A stretch of 64,000 bases of DNA, from positions 1,022,910-1,086,909 of the forward strand of contig JBHYGA010000004.1 of NCBI GenBank assembly GCA_051859245.1. The letters run 5' to 3'. Below the pieces are notes generated by a model. The model saw nothing but the letters and a program-made list of their open reading frames with translations, did no database searches and was not told the DNA's origin. Position numbers and translations under genes: made by a program. Shown here one piece after another: positions 37,094 to 47,107 of this stretch (position 1 is its first letter; the number at the start of each line of letters is the position of its first letter). Origin of the DNA: Gemmatimonadaceae bacterium. Lineage in GTDB: Bacteria > Gemmatimonadota > Gemmatimonadetes > Gemmatimonadales > Gemmatimonadaceae.

Positions 37094-37555
37094 CTACTCC
37101 GTTGAGACGGGCGCCACGGGCGCATCACTCGCAATCGCGGCACGCAGTGTGTGCCACGCAAGCGATGCGCACTTCACGCGAATCGGAAACCGCGAGACAC
37201 TCGAAAACACAATCAACTGCCCGAGCGCATCCTTGGTGATCTCGGCCTCTGGCGTACGACCCGTCACGAGCGCATGAAACTTCTCGAACAACACGTCGAC
37301 ATCGGCCAGCGTTTTGCCTTGCACCGCCGCCGTCATCAACGAGGCGGACGCTTTGGAAATCGCACAGCCATGCCCGGTGAACTTCACTTCCTGCAGCACA
37401 TCACCATCCAATCGCACGGCGACCTCCACCTGGTCGCCGCACAATGGATTTTTGCCTTCCGCCGTACCCGTGGCCCCATCGAGCGGGCCAAAGTTTCGTG
37501 GCTTGCGGTTGTGGTCGAGAATGACCGACTGATACAGCTCCTGCAGGTCCGACAT
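37094..37555 (-). CDS. sufU: SufU, copy 1
   Basis: LYQSVILDH, NPLCGD, GCAISKASAS and RVKCA motifs. Confidence 0.92.
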   Translation of the reverse strand: MSDLQELYQSVILDHNRKPRNFGPLDGATGTAEGKNPLCGDQVEVAVRLDGDVLQEVKFTGHGCAISKASASLMTAAVQGKTLADVDVLFEKFHALVTGRTPEAEITKDALGQLIVFSSVSRFPIRVKCASLAWHTLRAAIASDAPVAPVSTE

Positions 37556-37562
37556 GCGCGAC

Positions 37563-38876
37563 TCAGTCGGTAACCGACGTAAACCGACGCATCGTGATGC
37601 GCTCCAGCTCATCACGAATGGTTTCATTTTCAATCGTTTCCAGCACGTCGGCGGCAAACGCGTACGTGAGCAGCTGGCGGGACGTGTCGTTGTCAATGCC
37701 GCGGCTCTTCATGTAAAAGAGCGCGGTTTCGTCAATACGGCCCACGGTGGCGCCGTGTGTGCACTTGACGTCGTCGGCAAAAATCTCGAGCTGTGGCTTC
37801 GCATCTACCTGCGCCGTTTTCGACAGCAGCATGGTGTTGTTGGTCTGCTTGCCGTCGGTCTGCTGCGCGATGCTCTGCACAAACACCTTGCCGTTGAACA
37901 CACCGTGCGACGTATCGTCGAGGATGCTTTTGTACATCTGACGGCTGAAGCACTTGGGCTGCGCGTGTTCAATACGCGTTTGCACATCGCCGTGCTGCTC
38001 ACCGTCCAGCATGGTCAGGCCGTTGAGCGTGGTGCCACACCCTTCGCCGTCGAGCACCGTGTACACGTTGGTGCGCGACAGCTGCGCGCCGGTGGTGAAG
38101 GCGAAGTTCACATAGTGCGAATCGCGCCCCTGACGCGCTTCGATCGTGCCCACGTGAAACGCGTTTCGACCTTCGCGCTGCACCTTGAGGTGGTGCAACG
38201 TGGCGCCGTCTTCCACCATCACTTCGGTCACAGCATTCGAGAAATACGTGCCGTTGGTGAGCCCAACCCAGCTCTCAATGACTGTTGCGCGCGCGTGACG
38301 TTCCGCCAGCATGACAATGCGCGGGTGCTGCATACCACCAACACCGGCATCATTCACCACGAACAGCAAATGCACGGGCACATCAATGACCATTTCCTTG
38401 GCCACATGAATCACCGCGCCTTCACCCAGGAACGACGCGTTGAGCGCCGTAAATCCATCACGCGCAGCCGGTGCCAACGTGCCCAGCTGACGTGTGACCA
38501 CGTCGCCCAGCGCATTGACCGCCTGTGCGAGCGGCAATACGCGAATGCCAGCCGGCAGCGCATCCGTGCGCGACAATGACGGCGTGTACACACCGTTCAC
38601 GAACACCAGCGTGGGCCACGACGTGGAGAAGATGTACGGCGCCAACTGCTCGGCCGTTACACCACTCGCATCACCCTGCATGGGCGCAAACGTGGATTCG
38701 GCAATCGCCGACACGCTCGTGTAATGCCAATCTTCCACCTTGGTGGTGGGGAGCCCGTTCGCTTCAAACTCACGATGACCCGCCGCACGTTCAGCGCGCA
38801 GCGCCGCTGGCGCCTCGGACGCAGACGCAGCAGTGGCCTGTGAGAGCAGCGCGGGCGCTGCAATCATCGTGGTCAC
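37563..38876 (-). CDS. sufD: Fe-S cluster assembly protein SufD
   Basis: EDWHYT, KPQLEIFADDVKCTHGAT and FYMKSRGI motifs. Confidence 0.94.
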   Translation of the reverse strand: MTTMIAAPALLSQATAASASEAPAALRAERAAGHREFEANGLPTTKVEDWHYTSVSAIAESTFAPMQGDASGVTAEQLAPYIFSTSWPTLVFVNGVYTPSLSRTDALPAGIRVLPLAQAVNALGDVVTRQLGTLAPAARDGFTALNASFLGEGAVIHVAKEMVIDVPVHLLFVVNDAGVGGMQHPRIVMLAERHARATVIESWVGLTNGTYFSNAVTEVMVEDGATLHHLKVQREGRNAFHVGTIEARQGRDSHYVNFAFTTGAQLSRTNVYTVLDGEGCGTTLNGLTMLDGEQHGDVQTRIEHAQPKCFSRQMYKSILDDTSHGVFNGKVFVQSIAQQTDGKQTNNTMLLSKTAQVDAKPQLEIFADDVKCTHGATVGRIDETALFYMKSRGIDNDTSRQLLTYAFAADVLETIENETIRDELERITMRRFTSVTD

Positions 38877-39622
38877 GCGACGGCCTCCAGCAACCAATCG
38901 TATCCGCGCGCCTCAAGCTCGAGCGCGAGTTCCTTGCCACCCGACTTCACAATGCGACCGCCGGCCAACACGTGCACGTAGTCGGGCACGATGTAGTTGA
39001 GCAGACGCTGATAGTGCGTGACCACAATCGCGGCGTTGTCGGGACGCTTCAGCGCATTCACACCGTTGGCCACGATGCGAAGCGCGTCGATGTCCAGACC
39101 GGAATCGGTTTCGTCGAGAATCGCGAGCGTTGGTGTGAGCACCGCCATCTGCAGAATCTCGTTACGCTTTTTCTCGCCACCAGAGAAGCCCGCGTTTACG
39201 GAGCGATGCAGCATGGCCGGATCCATGTCGACCAGCTTGAGCTGCTCTTCCACGAGGTCCAGGAACTCCATGGGATCGACTTCTTCGAGACCCTGGGCTT
39301 TGCGCTTCGCGTTGTAGGCGGCGCGCAGGAAGTACGCGTTGGACACGCCCGGAATTTCTACGGGATACTGGAACGCCAGGAACACGCCCTGCTGCGCTCG
39401 CACTTCGGCGTCCATTTCGGCGAGGTTCTCGCCGTGATAGAGAATCTCGCCGCCGGTGATTTCGTACGCGGGGTGACCCGCGAGCACCTGTGCCAGCGTG
39501 CTCTTGCCGGAGCCATTGGGGCCCATCACAGCGTGCACTTCGCCGGCGTTCACGGTGAGCGAGATGCCTTTCAAAATCGGCGTACCATCAACAGCCGCGT
39601 GCAGATCACGAATCTCGAGCAT
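38873..39622 (-). CDS. sufC: Fe-S cluster assembly ATPase SufC
   Basis: MGPNGSGKST, FSGGEKKRNE and LDETDSGLD motifs. Confidence 0.97.
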   Translation of the reverse strand: MLEIRDLHAAVDGTPILKGISLTVNAGEVHAVMGPNGSGKSTLAQVLAGHPAYEITGGEILYHGENLAEMDAEVRAQQGVFLAFQYPVEIPGVSNAYFLRAAYNAKRKAQGLEEVDPMEFLDLVEEQLKLVDMDPAMLHRSVNAGFSGGEKKRNEILQMAVLTPTLAILDETDSGLDIDALRIVANGVNALKRPDNAAIVVTHYQRLLNYIVPDYVHVLAGGRIVKSGGKELALELEARGYDWLLEAVA

Positions 39623-39685
39623 GTTCTATGTATGTGCGGGGGGCCGAAGCCCCGGTTCAAAGCAAAAGGAAAAAGAACTACGGAA

Positions 39686-41119
39686 TCAGCCGACGCTGCC
39701 TTCGAGCGTAATGCCAAGCAACTGCTGCGCTTCCAGCGCAAACTCCATGGGCAGCTCCTTGAACACTTCCTTGCAGAAGCCGCTCACAATCATGGACACC
39801 GCCTGCTCAGCATCGAGACCACGCTGCTTGAGGTAGAAGATCTGATCTTCACCAATCTTGCTGGTGGATGCTTCGTGCTCGAGAATGGCCGAGTTGTTCT
39901 GTACTTCGATGTACGGAAACGTGTGCGCGCCGCACTCATTGCCCACGAGCATGGAGTCGCACTGCGTGTAGTTGCGCGCGCCTTCCGCCTTGGGGAGAAT
40001 GTGCACTTTGCCACGATACGAGTTCTGTCCCTTCATCGCGGAGATGCCCTTGCTCACGATGTTGGATTTCGTATTGCGACCAATGTGAATCATCTTGGTG
40101 CCGGTGTCGGCCTGCTGCATCTTGGACGCCACGGCCACTGAGTAAAACTCACCCACCGAGTTGTCGCCCTGCAGAATCACGCTCGGATATTTCCACGTGA
40201 TCGCGGAACCGGTTTCCACCTGCGTCCATGAGATCTTGGAGTTCTTCATGGCTTTGCCGCGCTTGGTGACAAAGTTGTAAATGCCACCCAGTCCGTTCTC
40301 GTCGCCGGCGTACCAGTTCTGCACGGTGGAGTACTTCACCGTGGCACTGTCAAGCGCGATGATTTCTACCACGGCCGCGTGCAACTGATTGGTGTCACGC
40401 TTGGGCGCCGTGCAACCTTCGAGATAGCTCACGTACGAGCCTTCGTCAGCCACAATCAGCGTACGCTCAAACTGCCCGGTGGTGGCCTGATTGATTCGGA
40501 AATACGTGCTCAACTCCATGGGGCATTTCACACCCTTGGGGATGTAGCAGAACGAACCATCCGAAAACACGGCCGAGTTGAGCGCGGCAAAGAAGTTGTC
40601 GCTGTACGGGACCACGGTGCCGAGATACTGACGCACCAAGTCACCGTGTTCACGCACCGCTTCGCCGAACGAACAGAAGATGATGCCTTCCTTGGCCAAC
40701 TCTTCGCGGAACGACGTGCCCACCGATACGGAATCGAACACCGCGTCAACGGCCACGCCGTTCAGTCGCTTCTGTTCATTAAGCGAAATGCCGAGCTTGG
40801 CGTACGTCTCGAGCAGCTTCGGATCGACTTCGTCGAGCGAACCCACGCCCTTGACCGACTTGGGCGCCGAGTAATACGACGAGGCCTGATAATCGATCGG
40901 CTCGTACGTGACATTGGGCCAATGCGGCTCCTTCATGGTGAGCCAGCGGCGATACGCCTTGAGGCGCCACTCCAGCAACCACTCCGGTTCCTGCTTTTTG
41001 GCGGAAATGAAGCGAACCGTTTCTTCACTGAGACCAGGCGGCAGGGTTTCTGCCTCGATGTCGGTGCTGAAGCCGTACTGATATTCGCGGTTGACCAATT
41101 GGTCGATGGTCGCGCTCAT
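39686..41119 (-). CDS. sufB: Fe-S cluster assembly protein SufB
   Basis: [15 protein letters not shown] and EHEASTSKI motifs. Confidence 0.97.
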   Translation of the reverse strand: MSATIDQLVNREYQYGFSTDIEAETLPPGLSEETVRFISAKKQEPEWLLEWRLKAYRRWLTMKEPHWPNVTYEPIDYQASSYYSAPKSVKGVGSLDEVDPKLLETYAKLGISLNEQKRLNGVAVDAVFDSVSVGTSFREELAKEGIIFCSFGEAVREHGDLVRQYLGTVVPYSDNFFAALNSAVFSDGSFCYIPKGVKCPMELSTYFRINQATTGQFERTLIVADEGSYVSYLEGCTAPKRDTNQLHAAVVEIIALDSATVKYSTVQNWYAGDENGLGGIYNFVTKRGKAMKNSKISWTQVETGSAITWKYPSVILQGDNSVGEFYSVAVASKMQQADTGTKMIHIGRNTKSNIVSKGISAMKGQNSYRGKVHILPKAEGARNYTQCDSMLVGNECGAHTFPYIEVQNNSAILEHEASTSKIGEDQIFYLKQRGLDAEQAVSMIVSGFCKEVFKELPMEFALEAQQLLGITLEGSVG

Positions 41120-41856
41120 GCCTGCTCCTCGTCCCACGTGGAAAGCCCGTGTGCGGCGGGCGCAGTCGCGCTCATCGCAGCCGGAACGTCGTTGTTATTC
41201 TCGTTGGTCTTGTTGGCCGTACACACGCTGTAGGCGCACAACTCGCCGCCCTGCTGGCGATGCACCTGTCGTTCTATTCTTGCATTCAGGAGTCGCGACA
41301 GTTGCCGCGCCTCGACATCACACGCTTCGGGAAAGCGCGATGCGATTTCGCACATCGCGCAGTTGTGAATGCGCAACGTTGCGCAGTTTTCGTTCAGTGC
41401 TTCGCCCTCGGCCATGTAGCCACGCGCCGACAGCAACTCGGCCACCAACTGCACCCGCTCGTTGAGCGGGAGTCCGTCGAGCACCGGTTTCGCGTCGGCC
41501 GCCAACGTATCCCACTCGCTGGCCAGCACGCGCTCCACCGAACTCGCGCCGCGTTCACTTTGCAGCGCTTCAAGCGCCGAAAAGAGCACCGACGCGTAAC
41601 GGCGCGGGAAGACCGATTCGCCGGCTTCGGTGAGGCGATAGGCGAACACCGGCGCGCCAACACCCCGCACTTCGCGCTGATACCGCACCACGCCGTCTTC
41701 TTCGAGCACTTTGAGATGACGCCGCAGCGCGTTGGGCGTGAGGCCAAATCGCGCCGCCAGCTCCGTCGCTGTGAGTGGCTGCTCCTTTTTGAGCACCACC
41801 AGTAACTCCGCGCGCACCCCTCGGAACCCACCCAGCGCCCCAATTACGTCTTGCAT
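41116..41856 (-). CDS. sufR: SufR-like HTH regulator
   Basis: N-terminal wHTH ([17 protein letters not shown]); HNC-x12-C and a distal Cys; first gene of the suf operon. Confidence 0.82.
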   Translation of the reverse strand: MQDVIGALGGFRGVRAELLVVLKKEQPLTATELAARFGLTPNALRRHLKVLEEDGVVRYQREVRGVGAPVFAYRLTEAGESVFPRRYASVLFSALEALQSERGASSVERVLASEWDTLAADAKPVLDGLPLNERVQLVAELLSARGYMAEGEALNENCATLRIHNCAMCEIASRFPEACDVEARQLSRLLNARIERQVHRQQGGELCAYSVCTANKTNENNNDVPAAMSATAPAAHGLSTWDEEQA

Positions 41857-41863
41857 ACCAGAT

Positions 41864-41903
41864 AATCTATGTCGGGAATAAGGAATCGACAACGAAACTG
41901 TTG
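41864..41903 (-). promoter_or_regulatory. suf promoter (TTGTCG-N17-TAGATT) overlapped by a CAAC-N6-GTTG SufR-type operator
   Basis: -10 at 41864-41869, -35 at 41887-41892, CAACGAAACTGTTG at 41890-41903; the ATG is 7 nt after the -10. Confidence 0.7.
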
Positions 41904-41977
41904 ACGAATCGACCTGGTTCCCAAGCAGTTCAGCCCCGGACCCGTGCAAAAGCGCGGCGTGTGACGCATAATGTGGA

Positions 41978-42409
41978 GTGCGCACAACCATTATCTTCGC
42001 GCTGATCGTGCTGGCGGGGGGACTGTTCTACGTCCTGCGGCAACGTTCGAAAGCGTATCGTCGAGTGCATGTGAAGGACGGGTTGACGCAGTTCAAGGCG
42101 TCGTTCCCGGGCCGCCGCATTCCCGATGCGCTCTTGGAACAGACGTACTCGCACCTGATTGAGCGTCGCGAGGCGGTGGGCGACGACGCCGACGAACATT
42201 TTTTCGTGGCGCCGGGGCACGATTTGCGCACCGTCTACCATCTGGACGGGTTGGATATCGAAGACGCGGTGCTGGTCATTGCCGACCGGGCCAGAGCCCG
42301 CTTGCCGAGGGCGCACGACCTCGATGACCTGAAGGGCAAGGTGCGCACGGTGCAGGATCTGGTGCAGTTTCTGGAGCCGTACTTTGAGCTCGAGCCCGCC
42401 GACGGGTGA
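41978..42409 (+). CDS. Hypothetical protein: N-terminal TM anchor plus acyl-carrier-protein-like C-terminus lacking the Ser
   Basis: LDGLDIED in place of DSLD..E; RTVQDLVQFL resembles ACP helix IV. Confidence 0.55.
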   Translation: MRTTIIFALIVLAGGLFYVLRQRSKAYRRVHVKDGLTQFKASFPGRRIPDALLEQTYSHLIERREAVGDDADEHFFVAPGHDLRTVYHLDGLDIEDAVLVIADRARARLPRAHDLDDLKGKVRTVQDLVQFLEPYFELEPADG

Positions 42410-43050
42410 TCGCCCGGTTTACCACGGTTGTCCTTGCGGCGGCGCTGAGCGGATTGAGCGCCTGTGGTGGCGGCCTGACGCCGCTTCCACCCTCCACGGC
42501 CCCGGTACCCACACGTGAGACGGCACCACGGGCCGCCACCGCACGTCCGGCCGCTTCAGGCCCGCTGGGCGAGGGCGTACGCGACATTGACCTGGACGCG
42601 CTCTGGGCGCGCGAACTGATGGTGCCGGTGGCGGGGAAGAGCCCGTCGCAGCTTCGCAACGACTACGAGGCCAGGCGTGGTACGCGCGCGCACCTCGCCC
42701 TCGATATACTCGCGCCGCGCGGTACGCCGGTTCTGGCTGCGGATGACGGCACCGTGGGCCGACTCGGCACCACGCCGGTGGGTGGCAATATTGTTTACGC
42801 CACGGACCCGCAGCAGCGATTCGTGTACTACTACGCGCATCTGGATCGGCACGCCCGCGGTCTGTCGGTAGGCGACAGGGTCAGCAAGGGCGATGTGATT
42901 GGTTACGTGGGCACCACCGGCAATGCGCCGGCGAACGCGCCGCACCTGCACTTCCAGGTGATGCTGCGTGGCTCGGGGCGCGCGTGGTGGGATGGGCCGG
43001 CCATCAATCCGTGGCCGTTCTTCGTACATTCCGGCACGGCCAATCGGTAG
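42406..43050 (+). CDS. M23-family metallopeptidase, lipoprotein
   Basis: LSAC lipobox; HLALD, YAHL and HLH motifs. Confidence 0.9.
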   Translation: MIARFTTVVLAAALSGLSACGGGLTPLPPSTAPVPTRETAPRAATARPAASGPLGEGVRDIDLDALWARELMVPVAGKSPSQLRNDYEARRGTRAHLALDILAPRGTPVLAADDGTVGRLGTTPVGGNIVYATDPQQRFVYYYAHLDRHARGLSVGDRVSKGDVIGYVGTTGNAPANAPHLHFQVMLRGSGRAWWDGPAINPWPFFVHSGTANR

Positions 43051-43128
43051 ATTGCACTGTTTGGCGCGGTGCCGCTCGCGGTTCCGATGGACCACGTCGC
43101 ACGTTTGTCACCCTGTAGCCCTTTTCAC

Positions 43129-43434
43129 ATGACCATGCGCGGTAAGGATCGCGCTGCGCTTCGCGCCGAAGCGCACCACCTGTCTGTCACAGTTCATGTC
43201 GGGCAAGGCGGCATCACACCGACACTGCTGGCAAGCTGTGATGATGTGCTTCGCACGCGTGAGCTCGTGAAGGGGCAGGTGGCCAAGGCCGGTGAGCTTT
43301 CCGCCCGTGAAGCCGCGGAAACAATTGCCCCGGCCATGAACGCTGAGATCATCCAGGTTATCGGCCGCACCTTCACGCTCTACCGCGAGAATCCTGAACT
43401 GAAGCGCGGTGACCTGCCGCCCTGGCGCCGTTGA
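43129..43434 (+). CDS. yhbY: YhbY/CRM RNA-binding protein
   Basis: RAALRAEAHHL, VGQGG, ELVK and QVIGR..TLYR motifs. Confidence 0.88.
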   Translation: MTMRGKDRAALRAEAHHLSVTVHVGQGGITPTLLASCDDVLRTRELVKGQVAKAGELSAREAAETIAPAMNAEIIQVIGRTFTLYRENPELKRGDLPPWRR

Positions 43435-43533
43435 CATCGCGCTTTACAAATCGTCTTGTTTCGTGCGTCGTGGCCCACTAACGTGACGTGGTCCGACGCT
43501 GGTCTGTAGCGAAAGCCTTGAGCCGAACTCCCA

Positions 43534-43797
43534 ATGCCCTACGTCATTACCGAAGCCTGCATCAACGTCAAGGACAAGTCCTGTGTGGACGTGTGCCCCG
43601 TCGACTGCATTTACGAAGGTCCGGATCAGTTGTTCATTCATCCGGACGAGTGCATTGACTGTGGTGCGTGTGAACCAGAGTGTCCGGTCACCGCCATTTT
43701 TCCGGAAGAAGATGTTCCGGTCCAGCTCAAGTCGTTCGTCGCCAAGAATCGCGAAGTGTTTCTGGGCGGCACGCCGCCGGGCCGCCCGACGCGATAA
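43534..43797 (+). CDS. Dicluster ferredoxin
   Basis: C..VKD.SCVDVCPVDC and CIDCGACEPECP motifs. Confidence 0.95.
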   Translation: MPYVITEACINVKDKSCVDVCPVDCIYEGPDQLFIHPDECIDCGACEPECPVTAIFPEEDVPVQLKSFVAKNREVFLGGTPPGRPTR

Positions 43798-43811
43798 TCC
43801 TGTCCGACCGC

Positions 43812-44441
43812 TTACATGAAGCGGTCTTTCAGGTAGAACGCACCACCGAGCGCGAGGTACTGCAGCACCGTGCTGCGCTCACTCCAGATAGCTTCTCCCC
43901 ACGCATGTGGTCCGCTGCTCGCGTTGTTCGGCGGCCGCGGAAACCAGCGTGGGGTTTTGCTTTTGTACGTGAGATACTCCTGCCCGAAGATGCTTTCGAG
44001 TACGCCTTCTTCGTAGCGCACGATGAAGTAGTACTCTACCGCAAAGAGCAGCGCCGCAACTGGCAAGAACCACAACACGCCAGACGCGACAATGAATCCC
44101 ATCCAGATAAACCAGTTGCCCACGTAGAGCGGATTGCGGCACCACGCAAACGCGCCATAGTCAACAAGCCGTTGTACCGTGCGTGAACGACGACGTGTGA
44201 CCGTGCCAGCCGCGGCCACACCGGCGAGGCGAATGGCTTCGCCAATCAGCACCAACACCAGTGCAATGATCCACGTGTTGAGCGCCTGCACGCCTGGCAC
44301 CAGCAGTGGCACCACAATGAACGGCACCGGTATCCAGCCGCGATTGCGGAAGAGCACTTCGCCGATTTTTGCCGCGCGAGTGCATTCGGCGGCGCACGGT
44401 TCAACGATCGGTGCGGGCGCGGGCGTGGTAGCAGACGTCAT
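43812..44441 (-). CDS. ICMT/PEMT-family membrane methyltransferase
   Basis: GAFAWCRNPLYVG, YEE..L..FG..Y and PRWFP motifs. Confidence 0.85.
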   Translation of the reverse strand: MTSATTPAPAPIVEPCAAECTRAAKIGEVLFRNRGWIPVPFIVVPLLVPGVQALNTWIIALVLVLIGEAIRLAGVAAAGTVTRRRSRTVQRLVDYGAFAWCRNPLYVGNWFIWMGFIVASGVLWFLPVAALLFAVEYYFIVRYEEGVLESIFGQEYLTYKSKTPRWFPRPPNNASSGPHAWGEAIWSERSTVLQYLALGGAFYLKDRFM

Positions 44442-44459
44442 GACAGTGGGATTCGGGAC

Positions 44460-45263
44460 TCAGGTTCGTTGCACGAGTTCGAGAAACTCGAGCATCACAT
44501 GATTCACGGCCGATGGCCGCTCAAGACAACTCGCATGTCCAGCTCCAGCAATCACGTCGTAGCGTCGGGCGGTACCGGCTGGTAGCTGCGCGATCAACTG
44601 CTCCGCCTTGGCGGGCGGTGTGAGTGCGTCTTCGTCACCAACGATGACTTGCGTGGGGACCCGAACGGACGAAATGGTGTCCGTTGCGTCTGGGCGATCC
44701 CTGAGCGCCGTTAGTGCGCCCAATATACCGCTTGTCCCCGCCGAGCCCATCATTTCCCGCATTTCGGCCACGAGATCGGGGCGCTGGGCGCGGGTGGTGC
44801 GACCGAGCATCCCGGGGAGCTGCGCCTGGATGAGTGCGTCCAAGCCCTCAGCGCTCACCCGCTCCATGAGCGCATTGCGTTTGGCGCGTCCGGCGTCGTC
44901 ATCGGCGTTCATTTGCGTGTCGAGCAGACAGAGTGCCAGGACACGCTCCGGGCAGTGACGCCAGCAGCCCATGGCGATGTACCCGCCCATCGAGAGCCCG
45001 GCGATCACGGCCTGCTCGATCTCGAGATGATCGAGCACCGCGCACACATCGAGCGCGTACTGCTCTATGCTGTACGGGCCTTCCACGGTGCTCTCGCCAA
45101 AACCGCGCAAGTCGACGGCGATGCAGCGCACGTGCTGTGACAGCGCCGCCACCTGTTGACGCCACAGCGCACGTGTGTGCGGGAATCCGTGCAGAAACAG
45201 CACCGGCATGCCGTTGCCAACGTCGTCGAGCCCGAACGTGCCGGACGGCAGGACGATCTTCAC
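44460..45263 (-). CDS. Alpha/beta hydrolase (3-oxoadipate enol-lactonase-like)
   Basis: LHGFP, DLRGFG, GLSMGG, GDED and AGH motifs. Confidence 0.88.
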   Translation of the reverse strand: MKIVLPSGTFGLDDVGNGMPVLFLHGFPHTRALWRQQVAALSQHVRCIAVDLRGFGESTVEGPYSIEQYALDVCAVLDHLEIEQAVIAGLSMGGYIAMGCWRHCPERVLALCLLDTQMNADDDAGRAKRNALMERVSAEGLDALIQAQLPGMLGRTTRAQRPDLVAEMREMMGSAGTSGILGALTALRDRPDATDTISSVRVPTQVIVGDEDALTPPAKAEQLIAQLPAGTARRYDVIAGAGHASCLERPSAVNHVMLEFLELVQRT

Positions 45264-45291
45264 GTGATGTTCATTGAAGTACGCGGCGTGT

Positions 45292-46932
45292 TCATGCGTT
45301 GGCCTTCTGTTCAATCTGCGCGCGCAGCAGTGCGCGCTGGCGTATGTCTTGTGTTGACGCGTACATGCGCAGTGGTACGAGCACGGCGGCGGTGAGCGGT
45401 ACGGCCACCATCAGTCCAAGAAATCCAAACAACACGGCCATGAGCGCTTGGGCAACAAGCGTAATGGCCGGTGGCAAGTCCATCTCACCGCGCATGAGCG
45501 CCGGAATCAGGAGATTGTTTTCGACAAACTGAATCACCCAGTAGGTGATGAGCACCGCGAGTGCTTTTTGCGGCGAGTCGATAAAGCCCATGGCGACAGC
45601 GGGAATCGCGGCGAGAATTGGTCCAACGGTTGGCACAAACTCGAGCAAGCCGGCAATGAAGCCGAGCGCAAATGGAGCGCGCACGTCGAGTACGAGCAGC
45701 GCCACCGTTGATACCACACCAATCACGATCATCGCCACAAGTTGCGTGACCAGCCATTTGCGCAGCACCATGGCAATGCCCTCAAACACCGCGCCCACAT
45801 GACCGCGATGCTCTGCCGGCACAACCGACAGAATCCAGCGCACGTACAACTTGGGTTCGGCGCCGATGTAAATGGCAAGAAACATCACGAGCACCAGACT
45901 GCCGAGCGCCACAATCGTGCCCGTGACGAACGAAAAGAGCTGTCGTGATGAGCCAGCCAATCCTGTGGTGACGCGCCGCGTGAGCAGTTCGCCGCGTGTG
46001 GGTTCGCGCGGTCCCGCAATCACACCGCTTTCCAAAACTTCCTGACGGGCGCGTCGCTCCGCCGCCTCAATGTTTTCCTGCATCACGCGCCGCAAGCTGT
46101 CCCGCAGGAAACGCGTTCGCGCCTCGAGCGCTTCGTCGGCGGCCTTCTCGGGCGAGATTTCGCTCAGCACACTCGTCGTGGGCGCGAACTCGGCCGTGTC
46201 CGCAACAATCGCGCTGGGCAGGACGGGTCGCCCGGGCAGAAATAATGCGGAATCAACGGCGCGAGGCCGAGGTGTGCGGGCCTGCAGCGAGTCGTCGATG
46301 GCGCGCGAGATCTGCTGCACCGCTTCGAGGGTCTGGCTGTCGAGCCTGGGCGTTGGTGGTGCGACCGGTCGCGGCCGCGGGGCTGGCCTGGGCGTATTCG
46401 CTGAGTCGGCACTGTCTTTCGCGGCGGCCGAGTCACTGGCGGCGGTGCTGTCGCTCGCTGGCGGCCGGAGAAACGGGTCGAGAAATCCGAACTCCCGCTT
46501 GTTGATCAGCTCCTGCGCCTTGCCCATCGCTTCCGGAAGCGCGGTTTGCAGTTCGCGCGCCTGCACGACGAGCGTGGGCGCGAGCATCGCGAAGGTCAGT
46601 CCGATCAGGCCAACCGAGCCAAACACGATGATCGCCGAGCCAATGCCGCGACGGACGCCGCGTCGCTCCAGTACATCGACTCCGGTAGCGGTGGCTACGC
46701 CAAAGAGGACGCCCAGAAAGACCACGAACACGAGGGCGTTGGCGCTCCAGAGCAGCTGCAGCCCCAGCCAGACGGCCAAAACCACGAGCGCGCCGCGTGC
46801 GACGTCGCCTGATTTCCAGACGCCTCGGCGCTCCTGGGCGGTGTCTTCGCTGTCGGGGTCGGAGAGGGTGGTAGCGGGAGGAGGGGGAGCCGGTGTGGGG
46901 GCCGCCGGCGGCGGCGGGAGTTCGGATGGCAT
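45292..46932 (-). CDS. AI-2E (PerM/TqsA) family transporter with a large hydrophilic insertion
   Basis: LEFVPTVGP, QFVENNLLIP and FGFLGLMVAVPL motifs. Confidence 0.85.
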   Translation of the reverse strand: MPSELPPPPAAPTPAPPPPATTLSDPDSEDTAQERRGVWKSGDVARGALVVLAVWLGLQLLWSANALVFVVFLGVLFGVATATGVDVLERRGVRRGIGSAIIVFGSVGLIGLTFAMLAPTLVVQARELQTALPEAMGKAQELINKREFGFLDPFLRPPASDSTAASDSAAAKDSADSANTPRPAPRPRPVAPPTPRLDSQTLEAVQQISRAIDDSLQARTPRPRAVDSALFLPGRPVLPSAIVADTAEFAPTTSVLSEISPEKAADEALEARTRFLRDSLRRVMQENIEAAERRARQEVLESGVIAGPREPTRGELLTRRVTTGLAGSSRQLFSFVTGTIVALGSLVLVMFLAIYIGAEPKLYVRWILSVVPAEHRGHVGAVFEGIAMVLRKWLVTQLVAMIVIGVVSTVALLVLDVRAPFALGFIAGLLEFVPTVGPILAAIPAVAMGFIDSPQKALAVLITYWVIQFVENNLLIPALMRGEMDLPPAITLVAQALMAVLFGFLGLMVAVPLTAAVLVPLRMYASTQDIRQRALLRAQIEQKANA

Positions 46933-47107
46933 GGCGTAATCCTCAGCACCACCAAGCCAAGGGCAAGGGCAAACCTCACACTTGCCCCTGATTATTCGGC
47001 GTCGAGAGAAGAATGCCCGGGATTGTGACAGCCCCGTGCAAAGCACGGCGACGAACGAATAGCTTGCACGGAGGCGCGCACGACGTGCGCCGTTTCCCGA
47101 GATTCCT

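Noticed and set aside
38525..40141. 538-aa plus-strand ORF
   Set aside because: Antisense shadow of sufB/sufC/sufD in GC-rich DNA; no recognisable motifs.
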